Positions 31,267 to 41,980 are shown, counted from the stretch's first letter. The stretch is DNA of 64,000 bases from Rhodospirillales bacterium (GCA_028345065.1 JAOMCN010000001.1:21605-85604), one strand, 5' to 3'. Notes: generated by a model not told the origin, from the letters alone. Program-made: numbers and translations.

Positions 31267-32069
31267 ATTGATCCAGACGGAGAGTTTTTATTTTGCAGTA
31301 AGAATTTATACGAAATTGACAGGGCTGAGATGCTAGCGGCTAACGCTATAAAGGACAGGAATTCAAGAAACAGGTTGCCGAGAAGAGATACGCTAAGTGA
31401 CTGATTGGACTGATCGAAGAAACCTAGTTGTTGAAATATAAAAACCACCGGAAGGCCTGACATAACAAGAGGCAGAGAGGTGCAAACTATAACGCTAGCC
31501 AACCTCCATCCGTTTTTTCCCGATAATTGCCATAGGGGCCAAATATTCAGAGTTTGATCTATTGCTACGGCCGGGAACCAGAGTAAGAGGCGTGCGTAAA
31601 CATACAGACAGGCTGTCATGCCAATAATAAGTGGCAACGCCCCATTCGCTCCTAATATGATAAAGCGGGGTAAAATGATCATGGCAGGAAGCATAAGAAA
31701 TAAGATTTTTATGGTGACCCACAAAAATTGAACCTGACGACCGTTCCAACTATAGGCTTTCAACACGTCTTTGTTCTCACTTTGCACCAAATAGGCTCGA
31801 TGCCACGCGACACTGTAGGAAAGCCAGACCCAAAAATTCACAAAGAATGCAAGATAGAACAAGACGGCCACCCAACCGGACCGGTAGATATCAATAGTGG
31901 CAATCGTGCTGCCGATATCTGTGGATGAGACAGTACCCCACTGCACCAAGGTTTTAAGGATTGCAAGAACTACAAGTGGCGGCAATGTCAGTTGCCAAAG
32001 GTATAGACGCTCCTCCCACAAGTAATAATACGCACCGAAGACAGTCTTGATAACTGGAAGACGGATCAT
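31263..32069 (-). CDS. multi-pass membrane protein, hypothetical
   Basis: It has about 6 hydrophobic helices and a 4-nt overlap with the rlmN stop. Confidence 0.5.
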   Translation of the reverse strand: MIRLPVIKTVFGAYYYLWEERLYLWQLTLPPLVVLAILKTLVQWGTVSSTDIGSTIATIDIYRSGWVAVLFYLAFFVNFWVWLSYSVAWHRAYLVQSENKDVLKAYSWNGRQVQFLWVTIKILFLMLPAMIILPRFIILGANGALPLIIGMTACLYVYARLLLWFPAVAIDQTLNIWPLWQLSGKNGWRLASVIVCTSLPLVMSGLPVVFIFQQLGFFDQSNQSLSVSLLGNLFLEFLSFIALAASISALSISYKFLLQNKNSPSGSI

Positions 32070-33172
32070 AAAACAGCGGCGTTAGTCGAGGTTATCGAAG
32101 ATAAAATACTTCTATCCTCATCTGCAGATTTCAATTGACCGCAGGCGGCCATAATATCACGTCCCCGTGGAACACGGATGGGAGCGGATAGTTTGTTATC
32201 ATTAAGTATTTGAGAAAATCGCTTGATGACGGGAAAAGGAGAGGTTTTATAAGCAGTTCCTGGCCATCTGTTGAAGGGTATTAGGTTAACCTTAGCGTGG
32301 ATACCCTTGAGGAGGCGCGCCAATTCCCAAGCATCCGCTGGAGAATCGTTCACCTTATCTAACATAACATATTCGAAGGTAATTCGTCGGGCGCTGCTGG
32401 CACCAGGATAGTTCCGGCAAGCGTCTAGAAGCTGATCGATAGGGTATTTTTTGTTAATAGGGACTAGTTCATTTCGAAGATCGTCTCGGACGGCATGCAT
32501 AGAAATTGCCAGACCTACGCCCAACTCTTCGCCTACTTTTTTTATCATGGGGACGACCCCTGAGGTGGAGAGTGTTATCCGCCGTTTGGAGAGAGCAATA
32601 CCCTCGGGGTCCATAATGATTTTGAGAGCCTTTGCAACTTCATTGAAATTAAAGAGAGGTTCTCCCATACCCATCATTACAATATTAGAGATTTTTCGGT
32701 TAGCTGGCGGTGATGACCATTCACCGTATGTATCCCTCGCTACCATCAATTGGCCCACGATTTCGCAAGCTGTGAGGTTGCGGATCAAGCGTTGGGTGCC
32801 GGTATGACAGAAAGAGCAAGTAAGAGTGCATCCGACTTGCGAGGACACGCAAAGTGCACCCCTGTCTTCCTCTGGAATGAAAACAGATTCAACGGTATTT
32901 TTATCAGATGATTTTAAAAGCCACTTTCTTGCGCCGTCTTGGGATAGCTGCTGGGTTACAATCTCGGGCCGTCGTATGACATGTGTTTCTGTTAATTTTG
33001 CCCGCGCCGTTTTGGACAGTGTTGTCATTTCGTTAAAGTCCCTAGCGCCCCGAAAATAAATCCAATGCCAAAGCTGCTTAAGACGGAAGGGCTTTTCTCC
33101 TAATATTTCGAGCTCAGTCGCAAGTTCCTCCCGGTTGAGACCAATGACGTTAATTTTGGTGTATTTAGACAG
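32066..33172 (-). CDS. rlmN: 23S rRNA/tRNA m2A methyltransferase RlmN (radical SAM); start codon non-canonical or unresolved
   Basis: It has the radical-SAM motif [11 protein letters not shown]. The conserved RlmN N-terminal domain ([12 protein letters not shown]...[18 protein letters not shown]) is encoded upstream of the first ATG (33028). That in-frame stretch has no ATG, GTG or TTG. The 5' end given here is the CTG at 33172..33170, which follows GAGGG. Confidence 0.85.
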   Translation of the reverse strand: MSKYTKINVIGLNREELATELEILGEKPFRLKQLWHWIYFRGARDFNEMTTLSKTARAKLTETHVIRRPEIVTQQLSQDGARKWLLKSSDKNTVESVFIPEEDRGALCVSSQVGCTLTCSFCHTGTQRLIRNLTACEIVGQLMVARDTYGEWSSPPANRKISNIVMMGMGEPLFNFNEVAKALKIIMDPEGIALSKRRITLSTSGVVPMIKKVGEELGVGLAISMHAVRDDLRNELVPINKKYPIDQLLDACRNYPGASSARRITFEYVMLDKVNDSPADAWELARLLKGIHAKVNLIPFNRWPGTAYKTSPFPVIKRFSQILNDNKLSAPIRVPRGRDIMAACGQLKSADEDRSILSSITSTNAAVL

Positions 33173-33180
33173 GGAACCCT

Positions 33181-33702
33181 CTACTTTTTTTTACAATTAT
33201 TGCCGATAGCATTGTAGGCCGCGGTAAATCCTTTTAAAGAATAGGTATCGAGTGTCTTTGTGCCTCTGCTAGAAGTGCCGGCTACTGTCATAGTGTTACC
33301 ACGTTTCATAGCCCTGGCTAAAGCTCGGTCGGTCTTGGACGTCTTTGCCCAGGCAGTGCCTCGAGATGTGAATAGCTCAAACTTTTGACCCCCGATTTTA
33401 ATTGTGACGCTGCTATCTTTCTTGTAGGTGTAGCCTGCCACTAATTCAAAAATATCGACTTTATTTTTTTTATCATTTGGGCGATGTGTTACTAGGACAT
33501 ATGTCTTGTCCCGGCGTTTGTATGCTCCCCTTTTTTTGATTGGTTCGCTTCCCACGAAGCAAAACCGGCCTTTTCCGGAGCCGGATTTGTAGGCTTCCCA
33601 ATGATCAGTTGTTTTCACTTTTTCGTAGGTTTGAGCGTTAGTCGCATATGACACAACGAATGAGGCAAGTACGATACATGGGGGGGATATAAATTTGATC
33701 AT
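33181..33702 (-). CDS. invasion-associated locus B (IalB)-like periplasmic protein
   Basis: It has a signal peptide and the IalB-type pattern (W.AY...C...; [15 protein letters not shown]). Confidence 0.6.
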   Translation of the reverse strand: MIKFISPPCIVLASFVVSYATNAQTYEKVKTTDHWEAYKSGSGKGRFCFVGSEPIKKRGAYKRRDKTYVLVTHRPNDKKNKVDIFELVAGYTYKKDSSVTIKIGGQKFELFTSRGTAWAKTSKTDRALARAMKRGNTMTVAGTSSRGTKTLDTYSLKGFTAAYNAIGNNCKKK

Positions 33703-34295
33703 TCTTCATCCACAAGTTTTAAATATTCTTCCACTTCAGCTAAAGGAGCCGTCCGGCGAAAGGGCGCCATTTTTTCCTGCAATTTCGGGGTTGCAAATTT
33801 GTGTACAGATAAAAGTTCAACGGGACCGCCGGGGCTAACGGGTCTTCTGGGAAACTTGCTTAGGCTTATCAGCCTGTCATACATGGTAATAGCTCCCGCT
33901 ATGCCAACATTCACGCAGAACTTTGTTGGAATTTTGACCGTATAAACACTCCTTTTCAACACAAATGGTGAGAGGCTGCCGCGTTCCGGACCCAATATGT
34001 AAGCGGCTTGATGTGGGTGGCGGAAACTTGGTAGTTCTTCAGCTTCATCCACGAGTTCAACACCAACTATATCGCAACGACTTGGCAGGACAAGGCTTTC
34101 GGGATCGGGAAAACTATAAAACGGCAAATGATTTGTCGCCTCCGATGTATCAGCTTTATTGCCTGTTGGCAGGTTATATTGGGCATCAATAGTGAAGACG
34201 AAGCTAGCACCAAATGCGTGGGCGGAGCGAAACAAACTACCTACATTCATAGATTTGCTTACACCTTCAACACCAATTCCAAAATAACCGCGCAA
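33699..34295 (-). CDS. SpoU/TrmH-family RNA 2'-O-methyltransferase
   Basis: It has SPOUT motifs (NVGSLFRSAHAFGA; YILGPERGSLS; IPTKFCVNVGIAGAI). Confidence 0.75.
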   Translation of the reverse strand: MRGYFGIGVEGVSKSMNVGSLFRSAHAFGASFVFTIDAQYNLPTGNKADTSEATNHLPFYSFPDPESLVLPSRCDIVGVELVDEAEELPSFRHPHQAAYILGPERGSLSPFVLKRSVYTVKIPTKFCVNVGIAGAITMYDRLISLSKFPRRPVSPGGPVELLSVHKFATPKLQEKMAPFRRTAPLAEVEEYLKLVDEE

Positions 34296-34386
34296 AAACT
34301 ATTTCTCCATAATTACCGTGTTATTATTATATTAATTGTACTTAGCCCACCTTCTGCAAATTATGCAATGAAATAGGATGTAAAAG

Positions 34387-36111
34387 TTGGAGGGAATTAA
34401 ATTGCGACAAAAAGTTTCACCTAAGCGGATTGATTTGCGTACTGTGGAAAAGAGTTTGCGATTATGGTCAGGGTTAATCATTTCGATCTTTGTAATACTG
34501 CATTTGAGCAACCATACCTTGGGCTTAATTTCCTTAGAGGCGATGGAGGGCATGCGCAGCTATTTGTCCGTAATTTGGTTTGATTTGCCGGGTGCGGCCC
34601 TCCTAATGGGCGCATTTTTACTTCACTTCTTCTTGTCTTTATTCTCGCTCTATAGCCGCTCTACACTTCGCATGCCCCTTTGGGAGGCAACCCAAATAAC
34701 CCTTGGTGTTTTGATTTTTCCTCTCATCCTTGTTCATATCGTTGGCACCCAGGGCGCCGGTCACATAATTGGGTTCCGACCCACCTATGAATACGTTATA
34801 TTTGCCATCTGGGTTTCTAACCCTATTCTTGGATTTCAGCAAAGCATTATGCTTGTTATCGTTTGGGGCCATATGTGTATGGGTTTGCACTACTGGCTTC
34901 GGCTCAAGAACTGGTATTCTCGTTGGTCTCCCTTTCTCCTCGGATGCGCGGTTGTTTTGCCGGTAATTGCTCTATTGGGTTTTGTTCGAATTGGTCGTGA
35001 ACTGGATAGAAGTCATGCACGATCATCCGAAATACAAGAGCGCGTCTTTGGCCCCTTCATTAGAGCTGAACCAGAACTGGTGGCAAATTTGTACGCCCTT
35101 GAGAACAATTTATACGCCATATTTGGGGTTTTGATTGTGTCGGTCTTTGTCGCGCGGTTTATTCGTCGCCTTTACCGTAATCGCCATGGTGTCTATCGGT
35201 TGTCAATTCTCGATGGCCGCACTTTATCCGCCCCTGAGGGTCAAACTATCCTCGAAACACTTCGCGTCGCCGGAATTCCCCACGCGTCAGTCTGCGGTGG
35301 TCGCGGTCGCTGTACGACGTGTCGGGTGCATGTAGGTGAGGCTATCAAAGAATTACATCCCCCTGGAGAGGTGGAGCAGAAGGCGCTGACACGAATAAGG
35401 GCTGAAGTTGAGGTGAGACTTGCCTGTCAAACCAGGCCGCAAAAAGATCTCTCTATTAAACCGCTGCTCCCTCCGTCAGCTACAGCCAGGGATGCCAACA
35501 AGGCAGGAGGGATCCAAGGTAGGGAACAAAAAATAGCTATCATGTTTATTGATATTCGCGGCTCTACCAAACTTGGGGAAGAAAAGCTTCCTTATGATGT
35601 TTTGTTTGTTCTTAATCAGTTTTTTGCAGAAATGGCTGCGGCTCTTGCGGAAACAAGCGGTCACTACGCCCAGTTCACGGGAGATGGTTTGATGGGGCTA
35701 TACGGAATTGATGGAAATATAGTAAAAGCCTGCCGGGATGCTATCCTGGGTGCCGCAGCTATGATCAGTAGGCTTGAAAAGCTCAATGCGAGACTTAAAA
35801 ACGAACTCAAAGAACCGCTCCATATGGGTATAGGCGTTCATGCTGGGGAAGCCATTGTTGGTGCAATGGGACCTCCGTCGGCGCAGAATTTTTCAGCTAT
35901 AGGTGATGTCGTGAATGTTACGGCACGGCTTGAATCAAAAACTAAGGAATATAAGTGTCGATTGGTTCTTTCAAAGGCCGTCTCAGAGATTGCAGGTGTA
36001 GACGCTTCTGATCATCCAGCGCATTCAGCCGATGTTCGCGGACGTGACGGAAATGTTGACGTTTTTGCAGTAGATGATCCGAGAGATTTGGTTGTTCCGG
36101 CCACGGCTTAA
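34387..36111 (+). CDS. membrane-anchored class III adenylate/guanylate cyclase with a 2Fe-2S ferredoxin domain
   Basis: The N-terminus has about 6 TM helices with conserved His residues. The 2Fe-2S motif is CGGRGRCTTC...LACQ. The cyclase core is FIDIRGSTKL, FTGDGLMGLYG, GIGVHAGEAIVGAMG, IGDVVNVTARLES. Confidence 0.85.
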   Translation: MEGIKLRQKVSPKRIDLRTVEKSLRLWSGLIISIFVILHLSNHTLGLISLEAMEGMRSYLSVIWFDLPGAALLMGAFLLHFFLSLFSLYSRSTLRMPLWEATQITLGVLIFPLILVHIVGTQGAGHIIGFRPTYEYVIFAIWVSNPILGFQQSIMLVIVWGHMCMGLHYWLRLKNWYSRWSPFLLGCAVVLPVIALLGFVRIGRELDRSHARSSEIQERVFGPFIRAEPELVANLYALENNLYAIFGVLIVSVFVARFIRRLYRNRHGVYRLSILDGRTLSAPEGQTILETLRVAGIPHASVCGGRGRCTTCRVHVGEAIKELHPPGEVEQKALTRIRAEVEVRLACQTRPQKDLSIKPLLPPSATARDANKAGGIQGREQKIAIMFIDIRGSTKLGEEKLPYDVLFVLNQFFAEMAAALAETSGHYAQFTGDGLMGLYGIDGNIVKACRDAILGAAAMISRLEKLNARLKNELKEPLHMGIGVHAGEAIVGAMGPPSAQNFSAIGDVVNVTARLESKTKEYKCRLVLSKAVSEIAGVDASDHPAHSADVRGRDGNVDVFAVDDPRDLVVPATA

Positions 36112-36152
36112 TTTAATATAAATAATAAATACCCCGGCATCACCGTTTATAA

Positions 36153-37355
36153 TTATGCTGGTTGAGGAACCTTGGTTTCGGAGGGTTTTTCATTGATGGG
36201 TAAGTGTAGAAGCGCTGCTAATATTCCAAGGCCGATTGATATTTGCCAAACTAAATCGTAGGAACCCGTCTCGTCAAACAGCCACCCACCAAGCCAAATG
36301 GAGGTGAAGGAGCCTAATTGATGGCTAGCGAAGACGATGCCTGCCAGGGTAGCAAGGTATTTAAGACCGAAGAGTTGTCCCACCAGAGCATTAGTTAGAG
36401 GTACCGTCGCTAGCCATAAAAAGCCGATAAAGAATGAAAAGGCCAAGACACTATATTCAGAAATCGGAAATGTGATGAACCCGGCTATAACGATGGATCG
36501 TAGAAAATAAAGGATACTAAGCAAATATTTTTTACTGTATTTATCCCCGAGCCAACTAAATATGACTGTACCAAGTAAATTTGTCATGCCGATAATGCTT
36601 ATGGCTATCCCCGGCAACCACTCAGGCATTTCCAGGACTGAGAGATAATTAGGTAAATGCGCCATGATGAACATGACGTGGAAGCCACAGACATAAAACC
36701 CAGCCGTCAAATAAAGGTAACCTGAATGTTTGCGTGCACGATCCAGCACTTGGAGGAGGCTTTCCGCTTGTTCCTTTCCGACGGAATGGTCTTCTGTCTT
36801 TCCTTTTAAGACATAGGCTAAGGGAATAATAACCACCATTACGACCGACATGATAAAAAGGGCTTCACTCCAGCCAAATGCGTTTATAGTGTACTGGTTA
36901 AAGGGAACAATTAAGATTTGGCCGCCGGTTCCCGCGGCGCCCACCACTCCGAAAAACATTGTCCGCCGGTTTTCGGGGACGTTTCGTGCAACGACAGACA
37001 TGAGAACTGCCCACGTCATTCCGGAACCGGCAATCCCGATGATGATGCCTGTGCTGACGTGAAGTTCCCAAAGACTATCCGCATTAGCCAGCATTAAGAG
37101 ACCGAGTATCTGGAAGACCGCGGCAATCGCAATTACCCGACCGGACCCGTATTTGTCGGAGAGGGCTCCAATTATCGGCTGAGACAACCCCCAGATAAGA
37201 TTTTGAACGGCGATAGATAATGAGAAAGCAGCGAGACCTATCCCGAAACTTTGGGCTATGGGTGTCTGAAGCAGCCCGAAGCTCTGTCGTATCCCCATGG
37301 AGAGTAAAACAACTACGCTGGCGCAGATTACAATGAGATAGGTTCTTTTGGTCAT
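36153..37355 (-). CDS. MFS transporter
   Basis: The 400-aa protein has a 12-TM pattern. Confidence 0.8.
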   Translation of the reverse strand: MTKRTYLIVICASVVVLLSMGIRQSFGLLQTPIAQSFGIGLAAFSLSIAVQNLIWGLSQPIIGALSDKYGSGRVIAIAAVFQILGLLMLANADSLWELHVSTGIIIGIAGSGMTWAVLMSVVARNVPENRRTMFFGVVGAAGTGGQILIVPFNQYTINAFGWSEALFIMSVVMVVIIPLAYVLKGKTEDHSVGKEQAESLLQVLDRARKHSGYLYLTAGFYVCGFHVMFIMAHLPNYLSVLEMPEWLPGIAISIIGMTNLLGTVIFSWLGDKYSKKYLLSILYFLRSIVIAGFITFPISEYSVLAFSFFIGFLWLATVPLTNALVGQLFGLKYLATLAGIVFASHQLGSFTSIWLGGWLFDETGSYDLVWQISIGLGILAALLHLPINEKPSETKVPQPA

Positions 37356-37569
37356 TTAAATAGGAGGCAGTCTGAAAGAGACAATTTCCGGACAGTAGTC
37401 TTCAAATTTATTTCTGGCAAACATTCAGCTTTTTCGTTTTTTTTTTGCAATAGGATATTTAGATTCCAAAACGGCTTTATCCCGTTTCTACGGTCGTGTA
37501 GCATCCCATAAGGTTCTTGGGCAAGCTCTCCAGCATGTTTAAGGAACAAATGCTTTTTGGAGGAAGACC

Positions 37570-38277
37570 ATGGATAAAGTCTTTTCTGATGCTGTTACAG
37601 CGTTGGACGGTGTATTGAAAGACGGTATGACGATCATGGCGGGCGGCTTTGGCCTTTGTGGGATCCCGGAACACCTGATCTTGGCGCTTAGGGGTTCTGG
37701 CGTCCAGGATTTAACTGTGATTTCTAATAACGCAGGGATCGACGGAGCAGGCTTGGGTTTGCTTCTTGAAACCCACCAGATCAAGAAGATGATATCTTCT
37801 TACGTGGGTGAAAACAAAACCTTCGAGAAACAGTATCTGGATGGGGACCTTGAATTGGAGTTCAACCCACAAGGGACGTTAGCGGAACGCATTCGTGCTG
37901 GAGGAGCAGGGATCCCTGCTTTCTACACCAAGACCGGATTCGGTACAGACATCGCTGAAGGTAAGGAAACCCGAGTTTTTGATGATGAGAGTTACGTTAT
38001 GGAAACCCACCTCGTCGCGGACCTTTCGATCGTCAAGGCGGATCGGGGCGATACCGAAGGTAACCTGGTTTTCCGTAAAACCGCCCGCAACTTTAATTCC
38101 ATAATGGCAACAGCTGGTAGGGTTACAATAGCGGAAGTGGAGGAACTGGTTGAACCGGGAAAACTGGATCCCGATTCAATCCACACGCCTGGTATATTTG
38201 TTCAGCGTATTATAGAGGGAATAAACTTTGAGAAACGCATTGAACAGCTTACCACCCGTGAACGGGCTTCAGTATAG
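37570..38277 (+). CDS. scoA: 3-oxoacid CoA-transferase subunit A
   Basis: It has the ScoA/AtoD pattern ([34 protein letters not shown]). Confidence 0.92.
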   Translation: MDKVFSDAVTALDGVLKDGMTIMAGGFGLCGIPEHLILALRGSGVQDLTVISNNAGIDGAGLGLLLETHQIKKMISSYVGENKTFEKQYLDGDLELEFNPQGTLAERIRAGGAGIPAFYTKTGFGTDIAEGKETRVFDDESYVMETHLVADLSIVKADRGDTEGNLVFRKTARNFNSIMATAGRVTIAEVEELVEPGKLDPDSIHTPGIFVQRIIEGINFEKRIEQLTTRERASV

Positions 38278-38288
38278 AGGAGAAGAGA

Positions 38289-38939
38289 ATGTCTTGGTCA
38301 CGCAATGACATGGCGGCGCGCGCCGCAAAGGAACTGGAAGACGGGTTTTATGTTAATTTAGGTATAGGTATTCCAACGTTGGTGTCTAATTATATTCCGA
38401 AAGGAATGGACGTCTCCCTGCAAAGCGAAAACGGTATGCTTGGATTGGGGCCGTTTCCAATAGAAGGTGAAGAGGACCCAGACCTTATCAATGCCGGCAA
38501 GCAAACGATTACCGAATTGCCGCAAAGTTCTTACTTTGACAGCGCCACCAGCTTCGGAATGATCAGAGGAGGTCATATAGATATCGCTATTTTAGGTGCT
38601 ATGCAGGTAGCGGAAAACGGAGATCTGGCAAACTGGATGATCCCCGGCAAACTCGTCAAGGGAATGGGCGGTGCTATGGATTTGGTGGCAGGGGTAAAAC
38701 GTGTTGTGGTTATCATGGACCAGAACGCCAAGGATGGAAGCCCTAAATTTTTGAAACAATGTAACTTGCCCCTAACGGGTACACAGGTAGTAGATATGCT
38801 AATTACCGACCTGGGGGTTTACAATATTGATCGGAAAAAAGGTGTTACGACCTTGGTGGAATTAGCGCCTGACATTACGGTTAGTGAAGCGCGCAAAAAA
38901 ACTGAAGCTCGTTTCGAGGTGTTACCAGGTTTAAAATAG
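38289..38939 (+). CDS. scoB: 3-oxoacid CoA-transferase subunit B
   Basis: It has the ScoB/AtoA pattern including the catalytic-Glu region SENGMLG, and it follows scoA. Confidence 0.92.
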   Translation: MSWSRNDMAARAAKELEDGFYVNLGIGIPTLVSNYIPKGMDVSLQSENGMLGLGPFPIEGEEDPDLINAGKQTITELPQSSYFDSATSFGMIRGGHIDIAILGAMQVAENGDLANWMIPGKLVKGMGGAMDLVAGVKRVVVIMDQNAKDGSPKFLKQCNLPLTGTQVVDMLITDLGVYNIDRKKGVTTLVELAPDITVSEARKKTEARFEVLPGLK

Positions 38940-39256
38940 AGACGTTACAAGCATAAATTTGTCAGTATTTGGCATTTAAGAGCGGTCGCCAAATAAAAAT
39001 GTTGGCCGCGCAAGCCTCTGGAATAACTTTCAAGCCCTGGGTAATGACTAGTAACTTGCCGTCTATTGGTTTAAGCGTCGGGAGCGGGTATTTTCAAAAC
39101 AAGAAACTCTAAGTGATAACCACAGACAGTGTCTTTGAGACCTGACGCTTAAACAATGAACTAGCTTTTTTACTTTTGCTGAAGATGTTGCAAGGTTAAG
39201 ATAAGCCAAGTAGGCCTGGGTGTTTGGCCCTTTTTTAAGGTTTTTTCCTGATACGG

Positions 39257-39979
39257 TTACAGGCCGTTTTCTAGAATTTCATCAATGAACGCCGGGACGA
39301 TATCAGTCGCCGCGCCATAGCGGGTTTCAGAAAAAAAAGTTGCACCCTCCGAGGGTTCCAAGTTGAGTTCAACGGCTCTCGCACCCACTGAAATAGCTTG
39401 TTGAACAAATCCAGCCGCCGGATAAACATTACCCGACGTCCCAATGGAGATAAAAAGGCTACATTCATCGAGCCTTCGGTGAATTTTATCCATTTCAAGT
39501 GGCATCTCTCCGAACCAGACAACATGTGGGCGCAGCTTGTTTCTTTCGCTGCAGCTGGGGCAAGTCGTTTCAATGCTTAGGTCTTTTTGCCACGAAAGTA
39601 TAATTTCGCAGGCGGCGCAACGTACTTTTAACAATTCTCCGTGCATGTGTATTAGATTTCCCGAGCCGCCAAGTTCATGCAGGTTATCGATATTTTGGGT
39701 AACAATTGTTACTATACCGTGCCATTCACGCTCAAGTTTTGCCAAAGCTATATGAGCCGCGTTAGGCGCCACATCGCTATTAATAAGCTGCATTCGGCGG
39801 GAGTTGTAGAATTCCTGTACACGCTGCGGATCCTGCTGGAAGGCTTCCGGCGTTGCGACGTCTTCAATGCTTACCTTGGACCAAATACCATCTGCATCGC
39901 GAAAAGTATCAAGACCGGATTCCTTTGAAATACCCGCACCGGTCAAGACGAGGATGCTTTGTTCTGATTGGCCAGTCAT
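39257..39979 (-). CDS. cobB: NAD-dependent protein deacylase (Sir2 family, CobB)
   Basis: It has GAGISKESGLDTFRD, QNIDNLH and the Zn ribbon CAAC...CPSC. The start is set at ATG 39979. The track extension to 40144 overlaps the divergent phosphatase gene. Confidence 0.9.
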   Translation of the reverse strand: MTGQSEQSILVLTGAGISKESGLDTFRDADGIWSKVSIEDVATPEAFQQDPQRVQEFYNSRRMQLINSDVAPNAAHIALAKLEREWHGIVTIVTQNIDNLHELGGSGNLIHMHGELLKVRCAACEIILSWQKDLSIETTCPSCSERNKLRPHVVWFGEMPLEMDKIHRRLDECSLFISIGTSGNVYPAAGFVQQAISVGARAVELNLEPSEGATFFSETRYGAATDIVPAFIDEILENGL

Positions 39980-39982
39980 GGT

Positions 39983-40480
39983 ATGAAAAGTAAATGGGAG
40001 ACTGATTTGGTCAAGGTTCTTTTTGTATGCACCGGAAATATTTGCCGTTCGCCAACAGCAGAAGGCGTTTTCAGAAAATTGGTGATTGATGCGGGCGTTA
40101 GCGATAAAATTTCTGTTGATTCCGCGGGTACGGGAGCGTGGCACGTCAATCAGGCGCCTGATAGGCGGTCACAGGATGCAGCAAAAAAAAGAGGAGTTGA
40201 CCTCAGCGCCCAACAGGCACGACAGGTTACTTCCGACGACTTCAAGAAATTCGATTATGTGCTTGCCATGGATGCGGCCAACCTGAGAATTTTAAGCGAA
40301 TTGTGTCCGTCCGATCTTGCGTCGAGGATCTCGTTGTTTTTGGATTATGCCCCCTCACTCAAACGACGGGAAGTGCCTGATCCCTATCATGGTGGCGGGA
40401 AAGGTTTTGAGTTGGTACTTGATCTGATAGAGGCTGCTTCCAACGGTCTTCTGTCTCACATACGTTCTTATGACCTGTAA
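39983..40480 (+). CDS. low-molecular-weight protein-tyrosine phosphatase
   Basis: It has the P-loop VLFVCTGNICRSP and a DPY motif. ATG 39983 is the likely start. Confidence 0.88.
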   Translation: MKSKWETDLVKVLFVCTGNICRSPTAEGVFRKLVIDAGVSDKISVDSAGTGAWHVNQAPDRRSQDAAKKRGVDLSAQQARQVTSDDFKKFDYVLAMDAANLRILSELCPSDLASRISLFLDYAPSLKRREVPDPYHGGGKGFELVLDLIEAASNGLLSHIRSYDL

Positions 40481-40483
40481 GGC

Positions 40484-41338
40484 ATGAATTTTCCTGAAGA
40501 AGAACGGGTGAAAAGGCTGATTGGTCGAAGCCCAATCCGATTGACGCCGCTCACGGGTGGTTGTATTGCGGATGTTTGTCGGATGGACTTTGAAGACGGC
40601 GAGAAACTCGTGTTAAAGACCGGCGCTGCTGGGGCCGGGTTGGACCTTGAAGGGTATATGCTCCAGTATCTTGCATCCCATTCTGATCTTCCAGTTCCAG
40701 AGGTTTTATGCGCCAACGATGATCTATTAATTATGGAGTATATAAACGCCGGTAGTCCACTTACTCCTGTTGCACAGGAACACGCAGCTGATTTGCTGGC
40801 GTCTCTCCATAATGTTGTTGTGGACCGTTTTGGGTTCGAAAAAGACACGGTAATTGGTTCTCTACGACAGCCCAATTCCTGGACGAAAGACTGGGTGGAG
40901 TTTTTCAGGGATAAGCGGCTTATTTACATGGCTGAAGAGGCGGTAAAATCAGGTTCCTTAAAACCGTCATCTTTACCCCGCATTGAAGCCCTTTGTGCCC
41001 AACTGGATCGCTGGCTGTTGACACCAGTCCAAGCTTCCCTCATTCACGGGGACATGTGGGGAGGCAATATTTTGTGCAAAGACGGACGGATTGCCGGGTT
41101 TGTGGATCCAGCTATCTACTATGCGGACCCGGAGATTGAACTAGCCTTTTCGACATTGTTTGACACTTTTGGTTCGCCGTTTTTTAACCGCTATGCTGAA
41201 CATCGACCGCTCTTGCCCGGTTTTTTTGAAGAACGACGGGACATCTACAATCTATATCCACTTCTGGTACATTTAAAATTGTTCGGCGGTTCCTACGCAG
41301 CGAGGGTTGAGGCAACACTTTCACGGTATGGTTTTTAG
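40484..41338 (+). CDS. fructosamine/ketosamine-3-kinase family protein
   Basis: It has the motifs LIHGDMWGGNIL and FVDPAIYYADPEIELA. Confidence 0.85.
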   Translation: MNFPEEERVKRLIGRSPIRLTPLTGGCIADVCRMDFEDGEKLVLKTGAAGAGLDLEGYMLQYLASHSDLPVPEVLCANDDLLIMEYINAGSPLTPVAQEHAADLLASLHNVVVDRFGFEKDTVIGSLRQPNSWTKDWVEFFRDKRLIYMAEEAVKSGSLKPSSLPRIEALCAQLDRWLLTPVQASLIHGDMWGGNILCKDGRIAGFVDPAIYYADPEIELAFSTLFDTFGSPFFNRYAEHRPLLPGFFEERRDIYNLYPLLVHLKLFGGSYAARVEATLSRYGF

Positions 41339-41407
41339 GCTATTTTCAAATGGCTATCGTTAGAAATGAACCCCCCTTTATAAAATATAAAAAGCATTAA
41401 GGTTTGT

Positions 41408-41947
41408 TCAAATGTTTTCTGGATAAGCGGCTAGCGCTTCATAGTCAGCTCCCCGGGAACCCAGGTGACTTCGAAATAAAAACACTTGGAACACATCAAA
41501 TGGCTGTGTTTCAAATCCGGCGTTTGCCACCAGGTATGGGAAAACTTTTGCCAGGGGAGCTCTTTTTAATCGGGCGAGTGTAACGTGAGGGGTGAACTTA
41601 CGTGTTTCTGGAGCCAAGCCGATGCTTACTAGGTTCGTGTCTATTTTTTTTTGTAAGGCTTTGAGTTGCGTGGAAGGTTCAATACCCGCCCAGACAGACC
41701 GCACCATATTTCGCGAGCGGAAAGTGTCGATGCCTTTAAGACGAATTGGGAAGGCCTTAAATCTCAATTTGGATAAAGAATAGTGAATGTCTTCAGCATA
41801 GGTGTCTTCTACCTCGCCAATAAATCGGATGGTGAGATGGAGGTTTTCTTGATCAATCCAGCGAGCTCCCGGTAGGCCTGTTTTCATTGGTGCAATCCGA
41901 GTTTGTACCAGGTCTGGAAGTGAAAGCGCCACAAATAATCGCAACAT
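41408..41947 (-). CDS. thpR: RNA 2',3'-cyclic phosphodiesterase ThpR (LigT, 2H phosphoesterase)
   Basis: It has two H-x-T/S-x motifs (HLTIRF, HVTLAR). ATG 41947 gives the typical N-terminus MLRLFVALSLP. Confidence 0.85.
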   Translation of the reverse strand: MLRLFVALSLPDLVQTRIAPMKTGLPGARWIDQENLHLTIRFIGEVEDTYAEDIHYSLSKLRFKAFPIRLKGIDTFRSRNMVRSVWAGIEPSTQLKALQKKIDTNLVSIGLAPETRKFTPHVTLARLKRAPLAKVFPYLVANAGFETQPFDVFQVFLFRSHLGSRGADYEALAAYPENI

Positions 41948-41980
41948 AATAAAGACCGTCAACTGTTCTAGAGTAGTTAA

